Positions 17,918-25,923 of a stretch of 33,480 bases of DNA are shown in pieces; position 1 is the stretch's first letter, and each line of letters starts with the position of its first letter. The notes under the pieces were generated by a model, which was given only the letters and a program-made list of their open reading frames with translations, was not told where the DNA came from and did no database searches. A program made the translations under genes and the position numbers. Source of the stretch: Abditibacteriaceae bacterium (GTDB lineage: Bacteria; Armatimonadota; Abditibacteriia; Abditibacteriales; Abditibacteriaceae); NCBI GenBank assembly GCA_031372065.1, contig JANMKN010000298.1:1-33480 (forward strand), written 5' to 3'.

Positions 17918-18034
17918 ACTGTTTGTCCTTTCAATGAATTGCGTTCGTCTTTCCTCCGCAGTGTTGAACCCGTTGTAATCTTCTTTAGGAAGACCATATT
18001 TGAGACGTGACTCAGTTAGAAAACCCTTGTTTCG

Positions 18035-18086
18035 GTGCCTTTAATTGGGTTGGTGTAACGCAGTTTGCCAACCCAATTAAAGGCAC
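18035..18086. repeat. 19-bp perfect inverted repeat
   Basis: GTGCCTTTAATTGGGTTGG (18035-18053) / CCAACCCAATTAAAGGCAC (18068-18086). Confidence 0.85.
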
Positions 18087-18265
18087 AAAAGAGCCTCAAG
18101 ATTGTCTTGTAAGTTTAGCTTAAAGCAGACGCGCTGTTGTGAGGAATAATGTTATTATGCCGCAGTTTTGCAGATTAATACACAAAATGTTCTATCAAAA
18201 ACGTGAAAAACGCAATCACGCAAACTGCGGAGGTTTATGACGCAGGGCGATTGCCATCTAAACCC

Positions 18266-19435
18266 CTAAACCCCGCGCCAACTGGACGGCAAAAATAAAT
18301 CGGCGTAGGTTTGTGAAGCGAAGCGGTCTGTCATGCCTGCAACGTAATCGCAAACGCAGCGCGCTTGATCTTCGATAGATAAACCATCCCATTCGCGGTC
18401 AAAATTAAAACGCGATTCATCGCCGCGCATCAATTGCGGGTCTTTCATAAAACGCTCAAACAGCGCGTTGATAAGCAGCCGCACTTTAGGCGTTTCGATG
18501 GCGGTTTTCTTTAAATAAACGTTGTCGAACATCCAGTTTTTCAGCTTATCCGTTGCTTCGCGCACTTCGTCTTCCATTTCGAGAACGGGTTTCACTTGCC
18601 CGTCTTGCAGGCTTTGATTGATAATCGCGCCGACCATTGTGGTTATGCGTTCCGATTGAGTTTTTCCCAGTAATTCCACGCAATCTTGGGGCAAATCGCT
18701 GTCGCGAATTAAACCGGCGCGGATGGCATCGTCAATGTCGTGATTGACATAGGCCACGCGGTCACACATTCGCACCACTTGGCCTTCCAATGTCGCGGGC
18801 AAATCGCCCGATGGACGCGAGGCGTTGTTATCGAGCGCCAGATTTCCTTTGTCGGTTGCTAAGGTTTCTTCGGTTTTCCAGTGGCTGGTGCCGCCGACAT
18901 TGAGGTTCTTTTTGCCCTTCGAGTGATACAAAATGCCGTCGCGCACTTCCCATGTTAAATTGAGGCCTTGCCCGCGTTTTTCCAAGTGATCTACAATGCG
19001 CAGCGATTGTTCGTAGTGGCGAAATTGCGCGCCGGGAACATAACGGCGATAGGCTTCATCAAGCGCGTATTCACCGTCGTGACCAAAGGGCGCGTGGCCC
19101 ATATCGTGGCCAAGGCCAATCGCTTCAGCGAGGTCTTCGTTGAGTCGCAAAGCGCGAGCGACTGTGCGCGCGATTTGCGTGACTTCCAAAACGTGCGTGA
19201 GGCGCGTGCGATAATGGTCGAGTTGCGGCGAGACAAAAACCTGCGTCTTGTGCTTCATACGCCGGAACGCCTTGCAATGCAAAATGCGGTCGCGGTCACG
19301 CTGAAACGCCGTGCGCAAAGCGTCGGGTTCTTCGGGCTGGAAGCGGCCTCGCGTTTGGGTTGAGCGCGTGGCGCGCGTGTCTAACCATAAATCTTCGCGT
19401 TGTTCGAGCATCTCGCGGATGGAAGTTTCACTCAT
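18266..19435 (-). CDS. dgt: Deoxyguanosinetriphosphate triphosphohydrolase (HD family)
   Basis: RTAFQRDRDRILH, KTQVF, RTRLTH, GHDMGHAPFGH.GE, DYVAGMTD. Confidence 0.93.
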   Translation of the reverse strand: MSETSIREMLEQREDLWLDTRATRSTQTRGRFQPEEPDALRTAFQRDRDRILHCKAFRRMKHKTQVFVSPQLDHYRTRLTHVLEVTQIARTVARALRLNEDLAEAIGLGHDMGHAPFGHDGEYALDEAYRRYVPGAQFRHYEQSLRIVDHLEKRGQGLNLTWEVRDGILYHSKGKKNLNVGGTSHWKTEETLATDKGNLALDNNASRPSGDLPATLEGQVVRMCDRVAYVNHDIDDAIRAGLIRDSDLPQDCVELLGKTQSERITTMVGAIINQSLQDGQVKPVLEMEDEVREATDKLKNWMFDNVYLKKTAIETPKVRLLINALFERFMKDPQLMRGDESRFNFDREWDGLSIEDQARCVCDYVAGMTDRFASQTYADLFLPSSWRGV

Positions 19436-19443
19436 ATTTTCCT

Positions 19444-20094
19444 CTATTCCGTGCCAAAAGCGCGGTCACCGGCATCGCCGAGGCCGGGCACGATGTAACT
19501 GCGCTCGTCTAATTTGTCATCAATGGCGGCGCAGGTGATATGCAAACCCGGATAAGCCGCGCCGATGCGCTGCAAAGCGGGGCGCGAAGCAATTACCGAG
19601 ACTACACGAATTTTTGCTGTATCCGCGCCGCGCGAAGTGAGTTCCTGCATCAATTGAATCAGCGTGCCACCGGTTGCCAGCATCGGTTCGGGCAACAAAA
19701 AACGCTCTTGCGGGGAAAGTTTGTCGGGCACGCCGGACATATAACAATGCGCTTCGGCAGTTTCTTCGTCGCGCCGGTAGCCGACATGATAAACGCGGGC
19801 ATGGGGCAAAAGCGGCATACAGCCTTCAGTTAAGGCCAGCGCGGCGCGCAAAATCGGCACGATAGCAATTGGTTGCTCCCAATCAAGGCGCGTGGCCGAT
19901 AATTTCACATCCAGCGGCGTTTCGATTTCAACTTTTTGGGTGGGAAGCCAGTCGCGGCAGGTTTCGTAAGTCAGCCAGCGGCCTAATTCGGCCATCGCCG
20001 CGCGAAATTGCGGCATTGGCGTGGTGCGGTCACGACAAACCGACAAAAAATGGCCTATTAAAGGATGTTGCGGCACCAAAACGTTTACGGCCAA
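19444..20094 (-). CDS. upp: Uracil phosphoribosyltransferase
   Basis: HPLI, VPILRA, RDEET, PMLATGGT, YIVPGLGDAGDRAFGT; start probably TTG 20094 rather than 20433. Confidence 0.92.
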   Translation of the reverse strand: MAVNVLVPQHPLIGHFLSVCRDRTTPMPQFRAAMAELGRWLTYETCRDWLPTQKVEIETPLDVKLSATRLDWEQPIAIVPILRAALALTEGCMPLLPHARVYHVGYRRDEETAEAHCYMSGVPDKLSPQERFLLPEPMLATGGTLIQLMQELTSRGADTAKIRVVSVIASRPALQRIGAAYPGLHITCAAIDDKLDERSYIVPGLGDAGDRAFGTE

Positions 20095-20255
20095 AGCGTC
20101 TGCTTTGTAAGTTGTGTCGTCGTTTTGAGCGTTTATAAAAATTCCTCCCGAAAAACAACAAAAGCCGCTGAGAAAACGATGGTTAGCACCAAATCGCGTC
20201 TTGGCTCTTCGCAAAGTATATACCCGTGTTGTGCCAGTTGGTAAAATCCGTTGGC

Positions 20256-20681
20256 ATGAGCAACAACGAAACCGCTTCGCCCAAAATTCGCGCGCTTTAT
20301 GAGGCCGCTTTAGCCGTGCGAAGTCGCGCTTATGCACCTTATAGCGGTTATTTTGTCGGCGCGGCGGTGCAAACCGCAACAGGCGCCATTTATGTCGGTT
20401 GCAATATGGAAAACGCTTCTTACGGTGCGACAATTTGCGCCGAGCGCGTTGCCATGGGCGCGGCGGTGAGCGCCGAAAGTCGCCCGCAAATTGTCGCGGT
20501 GATGATTGTCACCGATGCCGAAATACCGTGGCCTCCGTGTGGAATGTGCCGTCAGGTCATCGCCGAATTTGGCGCCGATTGCCAAATCTATTGCGCCAAT
20601 TTAGGAGGCGTGATGCAACAAACGCCCTTTGCTGAACTTTATCCGCAATCGTTTTCGATAGGACATTTGCAAAATACATGA
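20256..20681 (+). CDS. cdd: Cytidine deaminase (homotetrameric type)
   Basis: AYAPYS.Y.VGAA, GCNMENASYG.TICAER, PCGMCRQ; ATG 20256. Confidence 0.93.
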   Translation: MSNNETASPKIRALYEAALAVRSRAYAPYSGYFVGAAVQTATGAIYVGCNMENASYGATICAERVAMGAAVSAESRPQIVAVMIVTDAEIPWPPCGMCRQVIAEFGADCQIYCANLGGVMQQTPFAELYPQSFSIGHLQNT

Positions 20682-21160
20682 GGCAAATTCGTCTTTTAAC
20701 AGCTCAAGATGAGCCATTAATCTGGCATTTTTTGATGTTAGCCGCGCACGAAAGCGAAATGCAAATTGTGCAGGGCAATCCGCAATTGGCGCGTTACGCG
20801 GCGAATTGGGGCAAAAAAGGCGATGGTGGCTGCGTCGCGTTTGATGCAGATAAAGCCATCGGCGCGGCTTGGTGGCGCTTGTGGGAAGGCGAGGACAAAG
20901 GTTTCGGCTATTTGGCTGACGATGTGCCGGAACTGGCGATGGCTGTTTCGCCCGCGTGGCGCGGACAAGGAATCGGCGCGCAATTATTGGACGGAGTTTT
21001 GCAGGGCGCACAGGGCAGTCATCGCGCAGTGTCGCTTAGTGTGCGTGCTGATAATCCTGCCGTGCGGCTTTATGAGCGTGCTGGATTTGAAAAAGTGCAG
21101 GGCAGCGAAGCGGTCAATCGCGTGGGCGGCACATCGTTTATCATGCAGCGTTTTCTATGA
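20678..21160 (+). CDS. GNAT N-acetyltransferase
   Basis: PELAMAV.P.WRGQGIG, LSV..DNPA.RLYER.GF; ATGA overlap with cdd. Confidence 0.9.
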   Translation: MRQIRLLTAQDEPLIWHFLMLAAHESEMQIVQGNPQLARYAANWGKKGDGGCVAFDADKAIGAAWWRLWEGEDKGFGYLADDVPELAMAVSPAWRGQGIGAQLLDGVLQGAQGSHRAVSLSVRADNPAVRLYERAGFEKVQGSEAVNRVGGTSFIMQRFL

Positions 21161-21505
21161 AGCAAACACTTCAATTCATCGGCCTTTTGACCGTTTCCAA
21201 TACGTTTATGACCATTGCATGGTATGGTCATTTGAAGCATAAAAATGATTGGCCTTTATGGATGGCCATTGGCATCAGTTGGTTAATTGCGTTGGCTGAG
21301 TATATTTTTCAGGTGCCCGCCAACCGCATTGGTGATGAGAAGTTTTCGCTCACACAGCTTAAAGTGACGCAGGAGTGCGTGACTTTAAGCTGTGTTCCTG
21401 ATTTACGCAGCTCTTGTTTTCCGTGAACCAATAAAGTGGAACACCGCTGTTTCGATGTTGCTGGTTGTGGGAGCAGTGTTTTTCGCGTTTCTCGGTAAAA
21501 AGTAG
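21157..21505 (+). pseudogene. DMT-family small membrane protein (DUF486-like) with a +1 frameshift
   Basis: SNTFMT.AWYGHLK, SW.IA..EY..QVPANRIG, QLKV.QE.VTL; continues in another frame as VFLIYAALVFREPIKWN...FLGKK* after one extra base near 21387. Confidence 0.8.
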
Positions 21506-22260
21506 GTGGCTTTTAAACGCTGCGCTTAGGTTTACAAAGACGGGAATCGGCGCGGGCAATAAGTTGAATGGACGATGGTTCAGGGTCGTGATAAGTCAGC
21601 ACTCCGACACATCGGCGGCGACGGCATAGAAGGCAAAACTGAGCAAAGTCAAAAACGCGCCTGCCACAACGCAAGAACGCGTTGAGAAAGCAGCCACAGC
21701 GACAAGCTAACGCCAAAAGATACAAAAGTTGTAAGCAACATTTCACCTTTTGTGGCCGGAAGCAGCCTCACATAGGCAAAAGAGAAAAACGGTATTATAT
21801 ACAAGGCCAAGAAGGTTCGCGCACGTTATCGAAGGCAGCACGCACTTGACGCCGCCCGCCCGAACGTGTCCTTTTTGGTGAAGATTCCGAGACAGAAGAG
21901 TTGGCAGCAGAACCTTTTCCAAATTTTTGTGGGGGGCGATAATTTGCCATGTGCAGTGAAAGTGCGACACAGTAGAATCGACTCAACCGATAATCCCCTA
22001 CTGGCCCACCATCAAACGGAGAACAACGCGAATTAACTATATATTAAACCGGATTTTCAATGATTGTGAAATGGCAGTTAGCGCCATTTAGGGAGGGTAT
22101 ATTATTTTATAGGTGTAATGTGACGAGTTTCTCAGGAGTTAATGGATAAGCCAAAATTAAGAGAAATCCAGCTATAAACCGGTATATAAATTGCCCTACA
22201 GTTCTGCCTGAGGTGGGAAGGTAGCTTTTGCTTGCCAATCGTTAGTTATCGCGTTACCCT

Positions 22261-22294
22261 TTTCAAGTAGTTTGCAATTTCAAGTAGTTTGCAA
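22261..22294. promoter_or_regulatory. Perfect 17-bp direct repeat upstream of the EPS operon
   Basis: TTTCAAGTAGTTTGCAA twice, in an AT-rich intergenic region about 100 bp before the start codon; regulatory role is inferred. Confidence 0.5.
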
Positions 22295-22391
22295 ATGGTC
22301 AAGTGCCGTTTGTATTGTCGTTCATTTTTTGGCGGTCACCTTTTCCACTGACCGTTTTTGCTGTTGATTTCGAGTTAGATGAGGTTTGCGA

Positions 22392-25300
22392 ATGGCAACC
22401 GAGAATCCTGAAATGCGACCCGGCGAAGGGCCGGTTGTGCCACCTAATCCCCCTGAAGGCGCTACCCCTCTGCCGGGCCGCACACGCGAACGTGTCGGCG
22501 CCCGCACGGTGTTTGTTGAAAGCGGTGCGCCTGTGCCGGGCACGTCACGTCCCCCGATGACGCCCACACGGCGCCGCCTCTTGATTTTCACTTGGTGTGC
22601 GTCGTTTTTCATGTTGCTGTATTTGGTGTTCATGTGCCTGTCGTTTTTCGCGCCGGGCTACGACCTCAAAGACCGCATCGCGTCCATCTTCTTGCTCATT
22701 GGCACGCTTTATATCATGGTGCATAGCCTTGGCTATGCGAACTCTATGGTAAAGGCTTCGTGGGGCTACAATGAAGTGCGCCGTCGCGCGTTTACGCCTC
22801 ATGTAGCGCCTCCAGTGGCCTGTTTGCTGGCGACTTTCAATGAGCCACCTGAAGTTGTCGAAGAAACCATCGCCGCTTTGGTGAACATGGAATACGACAA
22901 CAAGGAAATCGTTATTTTGGACGATTCCACCCGCGAGGAGAACCGCGTGGCGATGCGCGAATTGGCGGCGCGTTATGGCGTGCAAGTCCGTCAGCGTACC
23001 AATCGCAAAGGTTACAAAGCGGGCGCGATCAACGAATATCTGCAAGAATCCGGCACCAAATATGTGGCGATTTTCGACGCCGACGCGGTGCCCGCCCACA
23101 ATTTCTTGCGCGATTTAATTCCAATTCTCGAAGAAAACCCCAAACTTTCGTTTGTGCAAACGCCGCAGCATTATGCCAACGTGGATATTTCCAATGTGGC
23201 GCTGGCAGCGGCGCGTCAGCAAAACGTTTTTTACGAATACATTTGCGAAGGCAAAAGCTATTCGAAAGCCGCATTTTGCTGTGGCACCAACTTCATCGCG
23301 CGCCGCGAAGCCTTACTTGATGTGGGCGGCATGGACGACACCACGGTAACCGAAGACTTTGCCACCTCCATTAATTTGCATACCAAAGGTTGGGACAGCG
23401 CTTATTACAATCAGGTTTATGCATACAGTCTCGGCCCGGAGACCTTAGCAGCATACTTCACGCAGCAGCAGCGCTGGGCGTTTGGCAGTGTCAAAACCGG
23501 CTGGAATTTGTTGAAAGCCTTTGTGGGCGGCCCGCAACGGATGCGCATGGGGCAGTGGTGGGAATATAGTTTATCCACCAATTATTATTGGGTTGGTCTC
23601 ATCAACTTGATTTTTATTTTGCTGCCGATGCTTTACATTTTCTTCGGTGTCAAGCCGTTGCGGCAGGATGTGTTTACCTATTTGATGCTGTTCATTCCGT
23701 ATCTCATCTTTTCGATGAATATGTTCTATACGGGCATGGAACAGCGCGGCTATAAATTGACTGATATGCTGCTGGGTCAACAGGTCAACTTCCTGTGCTT
23801 TCCGGTGCATTTGGTGGGCGCGTTTTCGGGTTTGTTCAATTTGAAGCGACCTTTTGGTGTAACGCCCAAAGGCGAAAAAGGACGCATGGGTTGGCTGGCG
23901 TTGTGGCCGCAGTTATTAGTGCTGATTTTATCGGCGATTGCGTTTTTAGTTGGTTTTTACAAGGCGTTTATCACCGGCACGGCGCGCAACGACTCGGCGA
24001 TGGCGATTAACTCGCTGTGGGCTTTGTATCATGTGTTTTTGTTATCGGGCATCTTTCGCTTGAATAAGCCGGTGCGCACGCGCGATGAGCGTTATTTCGA
24101 TGTGCCCGCTTCACAAGCGGCAGGCACTGGTGTGCGCGGCGTGACGCCACCACCGCGCGTGGAACACCGTCCTACAACAACAGGACACATGGCTTTGATC
24201 TTGGCTATCATCTCGATGTTGGGATTGCTCTGCGGTGTATTTACCATTGGACATTGGCTTACGCAGGACACGGTGCGCTCCAATGTATATATATTAGACC
24301 GCACCGTAGGCCGCGATTATCAGGAACATCGCGTTTTGACGTGGACATTGAACTTCCTGAAAGTGCGGCACAACGGCAAGATTTATCCCCAAGATAAAGG
24401 CGCCGATTTATCGAGTTACAACTTTGCCACCGATTATTATGGTTTCGAGCCGCAACCGGAAACGCAGCCTGATAATGGCTTTGTCAAAGACACCAAAAAC
24501 GCTGCGACGCCGGGCACGGATGCGCAAGAAGAAGGCAAAGGCAACGTGCAAGATTTGCTGTCTATCGGCAAAGATAAGCCATTGCCACAAAATCTATCCA
24601 CGCCGGGCGTGCTTTATTTAGTGGATACCATCGGCGAATTCGTTGAATGGGATTACAAAAAGAATCGTTATGTGCGTTATCGCAACCCATCACGCGGCAT
24701 CATAACCGAAGACGTGGCACCGATTCAAGATTTTTACAATCGCAATGGTTTGCTCATCGGTGAGTGGAACACGGTGTCCAATCCGACGCAATTCACCAAC
24801 GATGACGAAGAATTGTTGGTGCAGCGCGGCCTGATGGAAACGCGAAAGGGTCTGAAATATTTGCAAGAAACTGAGTTGCCCAAACGCGAAAAAGATTTGG
24901 CCTTAGCGCGCAAATACAACAATAAAACCGGCATTGCTGAGTTGGAAAAGCAGATAAACGGCCCCGATGGCACGAAAGAACGCATCCAGCGCCATAAGGA
25001 ACAATTGGCGCAATTGGTTCCGATGATGCAGGGCTATGAAAAGAACCGCCCTTCGTCCAATGCGCGTAAAGAAGTCCAAAAACTGCTTCATGTGACTTAT
25101 AAAGGTTGGTATGGCCGCTTTGTGGATCACATTGAACAAGAACGTGAATACGATTACCAGATGTGGAAAAGCATTCGCGATGAGGAACAAAAGCGCTTGA
25201 GCAAAGGCAACGATTATGAGCCGCATGGTCCGTTGTTTGTGTTTTATCGCGACGGCGCCAATCAGGTTTATAATCCTGATACCAAAAAAGTGGAAGATAA

Positions 25301-25844
25301 TCCGTTCTCGGAGCCGATTGTCATCACCGAAGAGGAATTGGCACCGGGTGGCATCAACGAAGTGGCGGCGATTCACAAAGCTGGTTCGGGCGAGGCGGCG
25401 GGCGACACATTGCTCAAAGACGTGGCCGATACGGTTCCGTATCACTACTGGTTTGACGTGGTGCAAGCCGCACCCGGCACTCGCGTTTTGGGGTGGTATA
25501 AGCTGCGTGTGAAGAAATCGGCGGCGACTCGTCTTGAAACCGCTGGATTCCCAGCGACGGCCCTTCAACCGGACAAAGACAACGACGATGTCGTGGTGAT
25601 CACACTGCCTGCTTTGGTGGCTTATCGCGAAGGAAATCAACTGCGTTCGTTGTATTTTGCGGGCGATGCTTCCGATTATTCGCTGGTGCCGCGTTTTGCT
25701 GAAATTGCGCCGTCCACAGGCGGTATCGCTTATTTCTTGGGCCACCGTGCCGGGCCGTTCTCGATGAAGTATTTCTGGAACTATTATCAACCAGTGTTGA
25801 ATAATGTCTTCCAGCAGGAGTCGGCCATTCGTTTCACGGGATAA
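22392..25844 (+). CDS. Cellulose synthase-like GT2 polysaccharide synthase fused to a large C-terminal extracytoplasmic domain
   Basis: LDD, KAGAIN, FDAD, QTPQ, FCCGT, TED, QQQRW, FGVTPKG and TM helices; then an extra TM and ~520 aa soluble domain; RBS GAGG before ATG 22392. Confidence 0.88.
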   Translation: MATENPEMRPGEGPVVPPNPPEGATPLPGRTRERVGARTVFVESGAPVPGTSRPPMTPTRRRLLIFTWCASFFMLLYLVFMCLSFFAPGYDLKDRIASIFLLIGTLYIMVHSLGYANSMVKASWGYNEVRRRAFTPHVAPPVACLLATFNEPPEVVEETIAALVNMEYDNKEIVILDDSTREENRVAMRELAARYGVQVRQRTNRKGYKAGAINEYLQESGTKYVAIFDADAVPAHNFLRDLIPILEENPKLSFVQTPQHYANVDISNVALAAARQQNVFYEYICEGKSYSKAAFCCGTNFIARREALLDVGGMDDTTVTEDFATSINLHTKGWDSAYYNQVYAYSLGPETLAAYFTQQQRWAFGSVKTGWNLLKAFVGGPQRMRMGQWWEYSLSTNYYWVGLINLIFILLPMLYIFFGVKPLRQDVFTYLMLFIPYLIFSMNMFYTGMEQRGYKLTDMLLGQQVNFLCFPVHLVGAFSGLFNLKRPFGVTPKGEKGRMGWLALWPQLLVLILSAIAFLVGFYKAFITGTARNDSAMAINSLWALYHVFLLSGIFRLNKPVRTRDERYFDVPASQAAGTGVRGVTPPPRVEHRPTTTGHMALILAIISMLGLLCGVFTIGHWLTQDTVRSNVYILDRTVGRDYQEHRVLTWTLNFLKVRHNGKIYPQDKGADLSSYNFATDYYGFEPQPETQPDNGFVKDTKNAATPGTDAQEEGKGNVQDLLSIGKDKPLPQNLSTPGVLYLVDTIGEFVEWDYKKNRYVRYRNPSRGIITEDVAPIQDFYNRNGLLIGEWNTVSNPTQFTNDDEELLVQRGLMETRKGLKYLQETELPKREKDLALARKYNNKTGIAELEKQINGPDGTKERIQRHKEQLAQLVPMMQGYEKNRPSSNARKEVQKLLHVTYKGWYGRFVDHIEQEREYDYQMWKSIRDEEQKRLSKGNDYEPHGPLFVFYRDGANQVYNPDTKKVEDNPFSEPIVITEEELAPGGINEVAAIHKAGSGEAAGDTLLKDVADTVPYHYWFDVVQAAPGTRVLGWYKLRVKKSAATRLETAGFPATALQPDKDNDDVVVITLPALVAYREGNQLRSLYFAGDASDYSLVPRFAEIAPSTGGIAYFLGHRAGPFSMKYFWNYYQPVLNNVFQQESAIRFTG

Positions 25845-25923
25845 CAGACGTGAAACACGATTTTAAATTTGAATTGCAGTCGCCTTTTAGAAACTGCATT
25901 TTGGAACAGACTCAATTTTTGAG

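Noticed and set aside
20095..20433. N-terminal extension of the 329-aa Upp ORF
   Set aside because: Overlaps cdd on the opposite strand; Upp similarity starts at about 20094
18266..20681. Anti-phage nucleotide-depletion system (dGTPase plus deaminase)
   Set aside because: Dgt is the short housekeeping-like type next to upp, and Cdd is a plain cytidine deaminase with no kinase domain; no defence context
21513..21746. Cys-rich 77-aa ORF as a metallothionein or RiPP precursor
   Set aside because: Better explained as an off-frame reading of a frameshifted membrane-protein gene; no maturation genes nearby
22020..22391. c-di-GMP riboswitch upstream of the EPS operon
   Set aside because: No GGCAAAC...GAAA...GACGCAAA-type consensus seen by eye; an Rfam scan would be needed to exclude it
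24070..24100. PilZ RxxxR motif in the synthase
   Set aside because: RTRDER has the wrong spacing and is followed by a Pro-rich linker and a TM helix, not a DxSxxG beta-barrel
24903..25790. 295-aa antisense ORF and other long shadow ORFs (e.g. 5131-5895, 5699-6454, 12589-13296)
   Set aside because: Overlap well-supported genes and show no recognisable motifs
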